Shown here: positions 37,640 to 47,635 of the stretch, in pieces | How positions within the stretch are numbered: position 1 is the stretch's first letter | Layout: every line of letters starts with the position of its first letter | From: Candidatus Nomurabacteria bacterium | GTDB lineage: Bacteria > Patescibacteriota > Minisyncoccia > Phycocordibacterales > UBA5272 | NCBI GenBank assembly: GCA_028286645.1 | Contig: JAQBRF010000004.1 | Span: forward strand, 205,192-269,191 | Direction: 5' to 3' | DNA: 64,000 nt | The notes under the pieces: model-generated | Told to the model about the DNA's origin: nothing | Databases searched by the model: none | What the model saw: the letters and a program-made list of their open reading frames with translations, nothing else | Translations under genes and position numbers: made by a program

Positions 37640-37981
37640 ATGATTGATCTCGCCCCTGAAATATTTAGACAAAGGCTTGTTATAGAAGGAATTCCTCATG
37701 ATACAATCAGCGCCTTATTGATTTCGAACTATTTAAAAGACTTGTCCGTTCAAATTGATATGGTTACTTTAATAGAACCCATAACTCATAGAAGTGAAAA
37801 ATTTGGATGGTTGGGATGGATACACTGGGAAACCTCCGGGGCGCATTTTTATGCCTGGGAAACACCTATATTATTTTTTTCGGTAGATATTTACACATGT
37901 AAAAGATTTGATGCCCAAATCGCTGTAAATTTTACTAAAGAATTTTTTAACTGTAATTCTATTGAATACAAAGAATTTTAG
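37640..37981 (+). CDS. S-adenosylmethionine decarboxylase proenzyme-like small protein (SpeD/SpeH class)
   Basis: About 113 aa; ...WETSGAHFYAWETP...FFSVDIYTCK resembles ESH.S.HTWPE...DIFTCG of pyruvoyl AdoMetDC. Confidence 0.4.
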   Translation: MIDLAPEIFRQRLVIEGIPHDTISALLISNYLKDLSVQIDMVTLIEPITHRSEKFGWLGWIHWETSGAHFYAWETPILFFSVDIYTCKRFDAQIAVNFTKEFFNCNSIEYKEF

Positions 37982-39003
37982 TATTCACCAAAAGAAAGCA
38001 AAATTGCAGTAAACGCTACCCAAGAGTGAGCCTGAGACACTTCTAAAAGATTTCTTTTTTCAAGTAATTCTAATATTAATCTTGAGCTTATTATTTGTGG
38101 ATATGATTTTGCGATTTCTGATAAGTCAGCTACTCTGCTTTTATCATCCTCATTATTATTCGCTTGATTTACCCTCAAGATAAGTGCTTCTCTTACTAAT
38201 TCTAAGAAAACATCATACGCCTTTATAGCATCAATGTTTCTTTTCTTTAAATCATCTGTTATCTTTAAGATCCCCTTTGCATTCTTTTCACAAACAGCTC
38301 TCAATAGTTCTATAAAGCTTTCTTCCTCCGGGGTTCCCAGCTTTTCCATTACGCTTTCATGATTTATCTTTTTATCTCCGGTTGTTAGAACTTGCTCAAG
38401 AATCCCCAATGCATCTCTATATGAGCCCTTACCTTCTTTTGCGATAAGCTCTCCAGTTTCTTTCGGCAATAAATATCCTTCTTTCTCTGCAATTTTAATT
38501 AATGTTTCAGTAAGCACATTTATTTCAGGCTGCTTAAAAACTATTTTTTGGCATCGGGATGTAATCGTCTGCGGAAGCTTCTCTGGATCAGTGGTGGCTA
38601 AGATAAATACCACATGGCTTGGCGGTTCTTCAAGGGTCTTTAAAAGAGCATTAGCAGCCTCTTTAGTAAGCATGTGCGCTTCATCGACAATGTACACCTT
38701 ATAAGGAGAAACAAATGGCGCCGTTCTTACTGCTTCACGGAGTTCTCGGATTTCATCAATCCCTCTGTTAGACGCAGCGTCTATTTCTATTATATCCATC
38801 GGATCGCAGCCTATTTCTCTCGCTACAATTCTCGCTACTGTAGTTTTACCAGTTCCGCGGCCCCCGCTAAATAAATATGCATGAGAAATTTTCTTTTGCT
38901 TTATAGCGCTAGTTAAAAGTTCAATGGCATTAACTTGTCCCACTACATCATCAAATTTCTGCGGACGGTATTTTCTATATAAAGCTAAATGAGGGTCTGA
39001 CAT
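37978..39003 (-). CDS. dnaX: DNA polymerase III subunit gamma/tau, short form
   Basis: Walker A GGRGTGKTT, DEAH-like IVDEAHML, sensor TRCQ; only 341 aa. Confidence 0.8.
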   Translation of the reverse strand: MSDPHLALYRKYRPQKFDDVVGQVNAIELLTSAIKQKKISHAYLFSGGRGTGKTTVARIVAREIGCDPMDIIEIDAASNRGIDEIRELREAVRTAPFVSPYKVYIVDEAHMLTKEAANALLKTLEEPPSHVVFILATTDPEKLPQTITSRCQKIVFKQPEINVLTETLIKIAEKEGYLLPKETGELIAKEGKGSYRDALGILEQVLTTGDKKINHESVMEKLGTPEEESFIELLRAVCEKNAKGILKITDDLKKRNIDAIKAYDVFLELVREALILRVNQANNNEDDKSRVADLSEIAKSYPQIISSRLILELLEKRNLLEVSQAHSWVAFTAILLSFGEY

Positions 39004-39044
39004 GATAAAAGTAAGTATACATTTTAGACACTTTAGATGCCACC

Positions 39045-39090
39045 TAACTAAAAAGCCCTCTATGGCGTTACTTAACGCCGTAGAGGGCTG
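39045..39090 (-). terminator. intrinsic terminator
   Basis: Perfect stem gccctctacggcgtt-aag-taacgccatagagggc, then a T-run on the minus strand. Confidence 0.6.
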
Positions 39091-39092
39091 TC

Positions 39093-39671
39093 TTACTCTT
39101 GTTTCGGAATGGTGTAGATCTGACCAAGCATGATGACCTGGTCAGTGCTATCCGTATCTATCGTTTCGACTTTCTTCCAGTCTGGACAGTTTAGCTGAGC
39201 TCCCCCGTGCAAGTTTTTCAATGCTCGAACATTCTCTCGCTCGTTTGACGGGAAAACGTATCCCTGAGGACTGAGCAGAAAAAGTGCAGCAAACTGCTCG
39301 TAAGATGAACGCATCTTAGCCCAAATAGGACGATATTCGTTTGCGGCCTGGTCTCTCTCACTTCGCGCTTGCTCGAGTGCGGATTGGAGATCCTTTATAT
39401 CTTTTTTGTATGTCTCCATGTGCTTCTTATATTCTTCCATGACGGATTGTGCACCCCAGAGAATGAAGCATGATACGAGCGTAGGAAGAAAAAGAATCAC
39501 CCCGGCAATAATTGCTACGATCGTGCTTTCCGCCCATCGCCCAGCTATATATACCCCCGCGGGCACAGTCAGCAGAGCGAACAGAATTGAGATGACATAC
39601 GGAAAGAGGTTATAACCCTTGAATCTAATTTCTAAATGTTTCATTTCTATCTCCCGCTGCTCGATCAGCAT
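39093..39671 (-). CDS. hypothetical membrane protein (GC-rich insert)
   Basis: Two TM helices, then a coiled-coil-like segment. Confidence 0.4.
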   Translation of the reverse strand: MLIEQREIEMKHLEIRFKGYNLFPYVISILFALLTVPAGVYIAGRWAESTIVAIIAGVILFLPTLVSCFILWGAQSVMEEYKKHMETYKKDIKDLQSALEQARSERDQAANEYRPIWAKMRSSYEQFAALFLLSPQGYVFPSNERENVRALKNLHGGAQLNCPDWKKVETIDTDSTDQVIMLGQIYTIPKQE

Positions 39672-39765
39672 TTAAAAGTACATTTAATTTCCTCCCAATG
39701 AGGAAACATAGGCATACCGAGATGCCGAAATAACTATACTGTAGAGTAGCTATTTGTCAAGCCTT

Positions 39766-40884
39766 TTATTTTATTAAAGTGAGGAATCTGTTTAAACTCT
39801 CCTCTACCTCCTTCGCATTTTTTGTCTCCATTAATTCCATTCTTAACTCCTTTGCGCCATCAAATCCATTAACATAGGCTTTATAATGCTTCTTCATAAT
39901 CGCAAAGTTTTTTATATCTCCAAGCTTTTCTTCAAATAACTTTGTGTGCTCCACCATAATTCTTAACTTTTCTTCAATGCTCTTTCCTTCCTTCCATTCT
40001 TTTTCATTAAATAACCATGGGGTACCGAACACTCCTTTCCCTATCATTATTCCGTCCGCATCCGTTGCAAGAGCTTTTTCTTTGGCATCAGTTACGTTCA
40101 TCACATCTCCATTTCCCATGATTATAGTACCTCCATTTTTTACTTCGCCTGTTATTTCTCTGACAAGCGCGACAACTTCTTTCATTAACTCCCAGTGTGC
40201 CGGAACTTTTGACATTTCTTTTCTGGTGCGGAGATGAACTGTAAGCACGGGAATATTACATTCCAAAATCTTCGGCAGCCATTCCATATATTCCATCTTA
40301 TTAAATCCTAATCTAGTTTTTACTGACACAGGAAGCCCGCCAGCCCCTTCTTGAGCAGCTCGTATAACTTTCTGCGCAAGCCTCCAGTCTTTAATCATGG
40401 CGGCTCCTGCTCCTTGCTTTTCTATTCCTTTATCAGGGCATCCCATATTAATATCAATTCCATCAAATCCTAATTCTTTACATAGTGCGGCAGCCTTTCT
40501 CATGTTATCAGGGTCTGACGTAAAGAGCTGTGCCACTATTGGTCTTTCTATTTCACTGAATTCTAAATCTCTTTTTAAAACTTCTCTTCCTCCGCTACAC
40601 AATCCGTTCGCTGATACGAATTCTGTCCACATAACGTCCGGCCCTCCTCCAGGAGACCCCATTCCACTATATTTCGCTATTATGCGTCTAAAGGCCACAT
40701 CTGTTACGTCGGCCATTGGCGCAAGCACGATAATTGGTTCACCTTTTAAAATCTTATTATCAATTAATACTTGCCAAAACCCCCGGACTTTATTTCCGGT
40801 AATCTTTTTTGTCCTCCTACTGGACGATGGCTGGAGTAGTCGAAGAAGTTGTCGTAGCATTTGTATCTGTACTTGGCAGACCAT
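39766..40884 (-). CDS. tRNA-dihydrouridine synthase (Dus family)
   Basis: IIVLAPMADVTDVAFRRI..., TIM-barrel FMN motifs, catalytic Cys region. Start uncertain; the ORF-track start overlaps the upstream gene. Confidence 0.75.
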   Translation of the reverse strand: MVCQVQIQMLRQLLRLLQPSSSRRTKKITGNKVRGFWQVLIDNKILKGEPIIVLAPMADVTDVAFRRIIAKYSGMGSPGGGPDVMWTEFVSANGLCSGGREVLKRDLEFSEIERPIVAQLFTSDPDNMRKAAALCKELGFDGIDINMGCPDKGIEKQGAGAAMIKDWRLAQKVIRAAQEGAGGLPVSVKTRLGFNKMEYMEWLPKILECNIPVLTVHLRTRKEMSKVPAHWELMKEVVALVREITGEVKNGGTIIMGNGDVMNVTDAKEKALATDADGIMIGKGVFGTPWLFNEKEWKEGKSIEEKLRIMVEHTKLFEEKLGDIKNFAIMKKHYKAYVNGFDGAKELRMELMETKNAKEVEESLNRFLTLIK

Positions 40885-41650
40885 AGATTATATCCGTAGA
40901 GCCATGTTTTGTAAACTTATAAAAAACCTTATTCCCAAATCGCGTATCCAAATATTCAAGGTCATTTTTATTGTTTTCCAATTTAGATTTCAGTGGTTCT
41001 GTGTCTATTGCGCTAATTATATTTGACCAGGTCTTTTTCATGTCAGCGGATACTGAAAGAATTATAGCGTGTCGCATGCTTTCATCATAAAGCCGGATAT
41101 CTCCATACTCGTCTATTGTAATTTTGCTTACTGGATAAAGCACTGAATTTACTTTGGGAACGAGATCGGCCAAGGATGTAAGAAGCTTTTCATTTACATT
41201 TGTGCTTGTTGCCATTTGGACTATTGGCAAATCACTTCTAAGAGTCATCTCTTCATACATTATTCCATTCTTTGTAATTGCGTGTGTAGTATCAGTTCTA
41301 AATATCGGAACATAAGGAGAGACGCTAATTTTTAGACTATGAAGTCCTCCTAATGAAAATGAAATCTTATCAGTGTTTGGAAGGATATTTTTAATTATGT
41401 TTTTTATGTCTTTCCTGTGGAAGCTAATTATTCTATCTCCAGGAAGGATATAAAACAAATTCTTACTATTGGCTTCCTTTATTTGGCTAACAATTTCTTG
41501 ATTATAGTTATCAGGAACGCCAGATAATTGATACTCGTAGATAGAAAAGGCGCTAGAACCAAAATATATATATAGCAATCCGCAAATAGCTAACAGAATC
41601 GACCCTCGAAAAAGAATACGCTTAGCAATAATACGTGTTCTCTTCTTCAT
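40817..41650 (-). CDS. FtsQ/DivIB-like cell division protein (POTRA-containing)
   Basis: N-terminal TM anchor, then about 240 aa of extracytoplasmic domain; gene neighbourhood. Confidence 0.4.
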   Translation of the reverse strand: MKKRTRIIAKRILFRGSILLAICGLLYIYFGSSAFSIYEYQLSGVPDNYNQEIVSQIKEANSKNLFYILPGDRIISFHRKDIKNIIKNILPNTDKISFSLGGLHSLKISVSPYVPIFRTDTTHAITKNGIMYEEMTLRSDLPIVQMATSTNVNEKLLTSLADLVPKVNSVLYPVSKITIDEYGDIRLYDESMRHAIILSVSADMKKTWSNIISAIDTEPLKSKLENNKNDLEYLDTRFGNKVFYKFTKHGSTDIIYGLPSTDTNATTTSSTTPAIVQ

Positions 41651-41652
41651 AA

Positions 41653-42966
41653 TTAAATGTTCGACACTCCCGCATCATTAACTGCGGTGCTAGAGTTGCT
41701 GAGATTTCGGAATGGCTTTCCTAAAATAGTCTTTCCGTTCATAAATGGCACTAAGATTTCTGGCACTTTTATGGTGCCATCTTTTTGCTGATAATTTTCT
41801 ACTATAGCAGTAACCAATCTAGGAGTAGCGGCGGCTGTATTATTAAGTGAATGAGCATATTGCATTTTTCCATCTTTATCCTTATATCTGATATTTAATC
41901 GCCGTGTTTGGAAATCGTGAAAATAGCTGGCGGAATGTGTTTCTCTGTATTTTTCTTGTGAAGGCATCCAGGCTTCGATGTCATACTTCTTTACTTGCCC
42001 TAAGCCTAAATCTCCACCGCAATTAGCTACTGTATGATATGGGAGCCCTAATTCTTCCATCATCTCTTCAGCATTTCTGGCTATTTCTTCGTGATACTTG
42101 ACCGATATTTCGTGGCTGGCAATGCATAAAACAATTTGTTCACATTTATAAAATTCATGCACACGTATAAGACCCTTAACATCTTTCCCATGGCTTCCTG
42201 CTTCTTTTCTAAAACAAGGACTCCATACAATCATTTTCTTTGGAAGCTCTGCTTCATTTAAAACTTCATCGCTGTAATAATACATTCCCGCCACTTCTCC
42301 TGTTCCCGCTAAATAATCATTTCCATCTTTATATAAGTCATCTTCTCCTTGCGGAAGATATCCAGTTCCTAAAAGCGCTTCTCGGCGCACAAGTGACGGC
42401 ACAAGCATAGGAGTGAATCCTTTATTCTGCCAGCGACTCATGGCATATTGCCATATCGCTATCTCAAGCATCGCTGCATCATTTTTTAAGAAATATCCGC
42501 GGAATCCAGCTGTCTTTGTTCCTCTTTCAAAGTCCACCATATCCTGCCCTTCCATTAAAGCTATATGATCAAGCGGCGTAAAATCAAATTGAGGAATATC
42601 TCCCCACTTTCTTACTTCCACATTTCCCGTATCATCAGATCCTTCTGGAACAGATATGTCAGGGACGTTAGGAACTTGTAGCATAAGCGTCCTCCAGACT
42701 TTCATAATTTCTTCTAGTTCATCTTCTTTCGCCTTTGAATCAGATTTTATTTTCTGGCGTTCAGACAAGATTTGTTCTTTTTCTTCCGGAGAGTTAAATA
42801 CTAGAGGCTTATTTAACTCGGCTCTTGCTTCTTCAACTTCTTTTAAAATCGCAAGTCTTTTTGTATCTATAACTACCAGGTCATCTACATTAAATGAAAG
42901 ATGTTTTTTTACCGCCGCAGCCTTAATGAGATCCGCATTTTCTCTAATGAATTTTATATCTAACAT
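41653..42966 (-). CDS. serS: seryl-tRNA synthetase
   Basis: N-terminal coiled coil; class II motifs (..FRKEAGSHGKDVKGLIRVHEF.K.E, ..GGDLG...). Confidence 0.85.
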   Translation of the reverse strand: MLDIKFIRENADLIKAAAVKKHLSFNVDDLVVIDTKRLAILKEVEEARAELNKPLVFNSPEEKEQILSERQKIKSDSKAKEDELEEIMKVWRTLMLQVPNVPDISVPEGSDDTGNVEVRKWGDIPQFDFTPLDHIALMEGQDMVDFERGTKTAGFRGYFLKNDAAMLEIAIWQYAMSRWQNKGFTPMLVPSLVRREALLGTGYLPQGEDDLYKDGNDYLAGTGEVAGMYYYSDEVLNEAELPKKMIVWSPCFRKEAGSHGKDVKGLIRVHEFYKCEQIVLCIASHEISVKYHEEIARNAEEMMEELGLPYHTVANCGGDLGLGQVKKYDIEAWMPSQEKYRETHSASYFHDFQTRRLNIRYKDKDGKMQYAHSLNNTAAATPRLVTAIVENYQQKDGTIKVPEILVPFMNGKTILGKPFRNLSNSSTAVNDAGVSNI

Positions 42967-43058
42967 AGTCTTATAATTCTAGCATGCATGCTTTATAAAA
43001 GAAAAAGAACCTATGCAGCGGACTACATAGGTTCTACTCAATGCCGACGACGCCTATC

Positions 43059-43412
43059 TTAGGCTATCGCATCGAGACAGAAATCCCCGATGCTCACAGG
43101 TTCCGTCAACGCCACCACTTCCCTGTCCGACGAAAGTGACACGCCGGTTGAAACATTGGCTGACGCTGTCGGCTTTGAAGGTTTACACACGAACAGGAGG
43201 AATGGAAGGTGATGGACCTTCGAAATTCCTTGTCCTCCCACCCCGATGAGTGCCGTGTAAATACCAGCTTTTTTGATTACCGCCTCGGCCTTATCGCGCT
43301 CAGCCTCCGTTTTGTAATAAGCGATCAACAGTCGGTCGACGCCTTCCGGGAATAACGATTCCGAATCAGAATGATTGCTAGTCAATTGAAGCTCCTTGAT
43401 TAAAAAGATCAA
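43059..43412 (-). CDS. hypothetical protein (GC-rich insert)
   Basis: 117-aa ORF; hairpin plus T-run downstream at 42975-43040. Confidence 0.3.
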   Translation of the reverse strand: MIFLIKELQLTSNHSDSESLFPEGVDRLLIAYYKTEAERDKAEAVIKKAGIYTALIGVGGQGISKVHHLPFLLFVCKPSKPTASANVSTGVSLSSDREVVALTEPVSIGDFCLDAIA

Positions 43413-43738
43413 GGCTCAGATAATCATCCGAGCCGCCGCAAGTAAGCCCTCCGGCCGCTCACACCAGCCCTAGCTACGACTAGTTGGTGATGTATGCTTC
43501 GTACATGCCGTACGCCGCCTCATTAGAATGACAGATACTTATGTCATTCAGTATGCGTAGAATCTTTTTTAGGATACCATCTAATATATGATTCGTCAAT
43601 TATGAGCTAACGACTTATTGTAAAATTAAATGAAAATGGTATAATTCTTCTTATCGTAAAAGTGCAACTCTTTAATAGGATTCCTGTACTCTTACTGATA
43701 CCAAAAATCCTGGCATAAAGCCTTAATAATGGATGCAT

Positions 43739-43814
43739 GGGCCCTTAGCTCAATTGGTAGAGCGCCTGTTTTGCACTCAGGAGGCAAGCGGTTCGAATCC
43801 GCTAGGGTCCACCA
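43739..43814 (+). tRNA. tRNA-Ala (anticodon TGC)
   Basis: Acceptor gggccct/agggtcc with G3:U70; D-stem gctc/gagc; anticodon loop ttTGCac; T-loop ttcgaat; CCA encoded. Confidence 0.9.
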
Positions 43815-45285
43815 CAGAAGATGAAAGAGGCTGAAAGGCCTCTTTTGTCTTGAAAATAGAGGCTACTTCTGCGGTTTCATAATTTCCTTCGTTATACACC
43901 ACGCCCTGAGGAAAATGAAACCATTGTAGCTTAAGTTTCTTATCGAGATCTGCCTCTTTCCATATTGAGCTTGGAGATTTGAAGTATTCGCTGGCGACAT
44001 CAAACGCTTCTTCAACATTAATATGTGGTCCTTCATAAGAGATAAGTTTCGTCTGAGCCTGTGTAATATCATTTCCTACTAGTTCGAGCTGCTCTTTTAA
44101 AAGATGATCTGGTATCGTTCCTTCAATGTTCTTCGTTATAAGTATGGTTTGTCTCTCCTTAAGTAATGCGATATGTGATTCTAAACGCCTCTGCTCTTCG
44201 CTTCCCTTGTATATAGCCTTATCGAGTTTCTCTTTTACTTTTATCTTTAGCTTTTCCAGTTGCTCTGAGGAGAGCGTGAACTGGTCCATATACTTCATAA
44301 AACTTTCTTCAAATTTTTGCTTTGGGAAATTGGAATCCTTAGCATGAAAGCGATAATAAGGATATTTTGCCGATCTACCACTGCACCAACTTCCAGTGAG
44401 TTTCCTACCATCTTTGTTCGTAACAAATCTCCTTAGAGGAAAATCCTCGCTATCTAATTTGTAATGTGACATCTTCTTCCCACGATTCTTTAGTACCAGT
44501 TGCACTTGATTAAAAAGACTCTCATCAATTACTGACTCGAAAGCTCCCATGTGGGATTCTCCGAATTTTTCTATGCAACCATAATACAATTTGCTACGTA
44601 TGAGTTTATAGAAATATTGCTTGCTAAGTGGATTTCCATTCTTAAGACGCAGACCTTTTTCTGTCATAATCTTTCTTACTTCTTCCAATGAATGTGTATT
44701 TTTTGCAATAAGTATGAAAGTCTCTTTTACAAATGGTGCCATATGGCTTTTAGCAATAGTTGCCATTCCGGCCGTACGCACGTTCTCATAACCTATTGGT
44801 GCCATCCAAACATATCTCCCATCTCGCACCGCATCTCTCATTCCATTCGTACATCGTTCTGCTCTTACTTCGTTGTCGAATTGTGCAACATTAGCTAGCA
44901 TGTTTTCCATAAATCTTCCTGAAGGATTATTTTCAAAAGCTTCGCTTACAGATCTAATTTCTACGCCATATCTTTTAAGAAGAATACGTAATTGACTATA
45001 ATCATCCGTGTTCCTAGACAGACGATCTATTTTGTAAGAAATTACTGCACTAATGCGATTTTTTTTATCTGAACAGAAAAAAAGCATTTTTTGAAGTTCG
45101 GTTCTCATTGTCGTTTTCGCACTTTCGCCTTGTTCTACGAATACTTGTGCTACTTCATATCCATGCTTCAATGCATATTCTTTGCAAAGTTTTTCTTGAG
45201 TATTAAGACTATTCCCTTCATCAACTTGTTCTTTAGTCGATACTCTACAATAGAGCACTGCTCTTTTTTGATTTTGTTCTTGCAT
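43777..45285 (-). CDS. large serine recombinase (resolvase/invertase-type catalytic domain + recombinase domain + zinc ribbon/coiled coil)
   Basis: N-terminus AVLYCRVSTKEQ (catalytic Ser), ...YKIDRLSRN..., R/E-rich recombinase domain; 502 aa. Last ~13 codons are the reverse complement of the tRNA-Ala 3' half. Confidence 0.8.
   Translation of the reverse strand: MQEQNQKRAVLYCRVSTKEQVDEGNSLNTQEKLCKEYALKHGYEVAQVFVEQGESAKTTMRTELQKMLFFCSDKKNRISAVISYKIDRLSRNTDDYSQLRILLKRYGVEIRSVSEAFENNPSGRFMENMLANVAQFDNEVRAERCTNGMRDAVRDGRYVWMAPIGYENVRTAGMATIAKSHMAPFVKETFILIAKNTHSLEEVRKIMTEKGLRLKNGNPLSKQYFYKLIRSKLYYGCIEKFGESHMGAFESVIDESLFNQVQLVLKNRGKKMSHYKLDSEDFPLRRFVTNKDGRKLTGSWCSGRSAKYPYYRFHAKDSNFPKQKFEESFMKYMDQFTLSSEQLEKLKIKVKEKLDKAIYKGSEEQRRLESHIALLKERQTILITKNIEGTIPDHLLKEQLELVGNDITQAQTKLISYEGPHINVEEAFDVASEYFKSPSSIWKEADLDKKLKLQWFHFPQGVVYNEGNYETAEVASIFKTKEAFQPLSSSVVDPSGFEPLAS
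43824..43850. terminator. hairpin terminator after tRNA-Ala
   Basis: aagaggc-tgaaa-ggcctct followed by tttgtc. Confidence 0.45.
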
Positions 45286-45710
45286 GTTTTCTTTTGCGGT
45301 CTAGATAGATGTCCACTAACACTTCAGCGAGGTAATCTATGGAATCATCTTCAGATACGTGACTACTAATAAAACCCGGAGGGGAACTACGATACGGTGC
45401 GTTGTCGCTACACAAAGACGCTCGTAGGACCCCTTCGGGCTTCGTTTTGTCACCATATGCGTCTTTAGTGCGTAGCTTTTTCATTTTATCTCTCAATGTG
45501 AGTGAATATCTATCCAAATCGGTGGATAGTGTTTCGCTGGCGAAATGTCGGAAAACTGTCTACAGATTTCAAGCGAGTTCTCTGAAATCCCTTCGATATA
45601 AATACTTTTTCTGCAATGACACTCTTTTAATTTTCCGAGTACAGGAGCTTAAGAAAAGACTCTTGCGGGGTTATATCGTTCTACACATTACGAGAGTGTC
45701 CTGGAGTAAA

Positions 45711-45947
45711 TTAAGCCCTTAATTGGTCGTCCTCAGAGCTTTTCCTAGAAGCTTTAGTAAGTACATTTATAAGCTCCCTCCGGTCCTTTGCATCATAATC
45801 ATTTTTATCCACTACCTTTGAGAACCATCGCGATATTGTGCTTCTTGAGAATCCTTGTTTCTTTACAGCAAGATAAAGAGTGGGGAAGTCACCCAAGTTT
45901 ACGTGCTTCCTTCGTACACTATGAAATCTTTTTTGTATTGTTTTCAT
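45711..45947 (-). CDS. small HTH DNA-binding protein (excisionase/AlpA-like, possible RDF or regulator)
   Basis: LYLAVKKQGFSRSTISRWF is a helix-turn-helix; 78 aa; upstream of the recombinase. Confidence 0.4.
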   Translation of the reverse strand: MKTIQKRFHSVRRKHVNLGDFPTLYLAVKKQGFSRSTISRWFSKVVDKNDYDAKDRRELINVLTKASRKSSEDDQLRA

Positions 45948-46031
45948 ATTTGTGTGTTGGTTTGTTATAAATAAAAAAGATACGCCTTAAGCGTACATGT
46001 TAACTAAGTGACTCTCCGACGACTCACCAGA

Positions 46032-46700
46032 TTAGTAATTTCTTTTGACGGTTTTTTCACTCCATTTGAGCAGTCTGTCCTGGGTAGCGCAAGCGGCAGC
46101 AACTCTTTCATTCGTTCGCCCTATGGCGTCTCTTATACTTCTCTGTTCACTTTCTATTTTTTCCTTATCTATTGATTCAGAAGACGTTCCTGTAATTGCT
46201 TCATGTAGAATTTCCCAGTCGACAACTTGACCTTTTTTACAATGAAGAAAAAGATGCTCCAAAATAGAGTATTCTTTTTTATATTCAGGAATATCGATGA
46301 CGACATCCCCAATAATGAGCTTCGATGTCTCGGGCTCAAAGACAATTTTATGTTCAGCCAAGTTTAGTTTCTTTGCAGGTGATTTATTGGAATCATTAAC
46401 AAGCTTATCTTCATCTATCTTGCATACAGCATATAACCAGTCCCCGTTTTCACGTGAATAAACTCTTTCTTCAAAACTCATTACAAGACCATCTCTCTGC
46501 AATTTTCGGAGGGCCCTGATTTTTTCTTCATATTCATCTTCTAAAGAAGTCTCCATAAAACTTGAAGAAACTTCCGATAAAAAATACTCATACTGGGGAG
46601 AAGCTTTAACACTTCCTCTTTTTAAAAATTCACTCTTAAAAGAAGCAATAATGTCGGTCATATAGCTAGTTTCCGTCCCAACAATTTTTTTTATGTCCAT
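46032..46700 (-). CDS. hypothetical protein (island cargo)
   Basis: 222-aa ORF, no confident motif. Confidence 0.35.
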   Translation of the reverse strand: MDIKKIVGTETSYMTDIIASFKSEFLKRGSVKASPQYEYFLSEVSSSFMETSLEDEYEEKIRALRKLQRDGLVMSFEERVYSRENGDWLYAVCKIDEDKLVNDSNKSPAKKLNLAEHKIVFEPETSKLIIGDVVIDIPEYKKEYSILEHLFLHCKKGQVVDWEILHEAITGTSSESIDKEKIESEQRSIRDAIGRTNERVAAACATQDRLLKWSEKTVKRNY

Positions 46701-46785
46701 TGTTTTGGCAAGAAATTATTATTCCAAATGATCGTTTAATTATACCATTTAACCATTTATTAATTGGAAATTACATGATAAAATA

Positions 46786-46935
46786 GGCCTGCAGACAAGT
46801 GGATATTAATAAGGCGTATAAACGGATTTTGGGCGTTGCTCGTAGCCAGCATTGGCATCCTAAGTAGGAAACATATGAGCAACGGCAACGCTGTTCACTT
46901 GTCTGCACCTCTTGGGGTGCCTATTTTGTTTTTGT
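46786..46935 (+). promoter_or_regulatory. structured leader with antiterminator/terminator alternative upstream of small membrane protein gene
   Basis: Long stem ggcctgcagacaagtg...cacttgtctgcac enclosing nested hairpins. Its 3' arm overlaps the 5' arm of the terminator gcacc-tcttgg-ggtgc followed by ctattttgtttttg, 36 nt before the ATG at 46971. Confidence 0.4.
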
Positions 46936-46970
46936 GGCCTCAAGCTTAGTCAACAATCTTATAACACAAC

Positions 46971-47234
46971 ATGCTTCGTAAAATCATAGGAATCCTCATT
47001 TTTATACTTGTCATATACGGCACGTTCTTAATTCATCCACTGCTTGGGAGTATTGTCGTTCTGACAATCCTTCTTCTTATCCTATCGTTTGGGCACATTA
47101 AAAAATATGTGAAGGAAAGTAATATGACAGAAGATGAAAAAATCAAAAGAAAAATATTTGATGAAGTTTTGGACAAAAGAAGCAGGAGAATGGCTGAGGA
47201 AAGAGAGGAGAAAGCCGTTAGTAACCTACAGTAA
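46971..47234 (+). CDS. small membrane protein with charged C-terminal tail
   Basis: Two TM helices, then KR/E-rich tail. Confidence 0.4.
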   Translation: MLRKIIGILIFILVIYGTFLIHPLLGSIVVLTILLLILSFGHIKKYVKESNMTEDEKIKRKIFDEVLDKRSRRMAEEREEKAVSNLQ

Positions 47235-47633
47235 TCTTTGTATTCTTTGCAACACCTTATTAGGATCTTTTTTGATCTGATGTTCCCAGATGCGGACGTG
47301 TTTCCATCCAGATAGTTCCAAGAGGACTTTGTTTCTCCTGTCTCGCTTTATGTTTGCTTCTACTTTCTTCTCCCAAAATTCAACATTCGTTTTCGGGGGT
47401 GTGTAACATTTTTTGCCACCATGCCAAAAACATCCGTCAACGAATATCGCCAGCTTTTGTTTTGAAAAACTAAAGTCTGGAGTTCCATGAATCCTTTTGT
47501 TGTGTCTTCTCCATCCTGTTATTTTGTTCTCTCTGAAAAGCTCAACCATTCTGCCTTCAGTAGTCTTGTTTCCACGACTTTTGACAGAGGCCATTAATGC
47601 TGACCGCTTTTCCTTTGTTATGCGGTCCGCCAT
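47226..47633 (-). CDS. vsr: very-short-patch repair endonuclease (Vsr)
   Basis: ...PDFSFSKQKLAIFVDGCFWHG.. is the Vsr core; 135 aa; adjacent to a C5-MTase. Confidence 0.75.
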   Translation of the reverse strand: MADRITKEKRSALMASVKSRGNKTTEGRMVELFRENKITGWRRHNKRIHGTPDFSFSKQKLAIFVDGCFWHGGKKCYTPPKTNVEFWEKKVEANIKRDRRNKVLLELSGWKHVRIWEHQIKKDPNKVLQRIQRLL

Positions 47634-47635
47634 AG

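Noticed and set aside
40397-41026. 209-aa + strand ORF antisense to dus/ftsQ-like genes
   Set aside because: Low-complexity Ser/Pro-rich translation, antisense to a well-supported Dus family gene.
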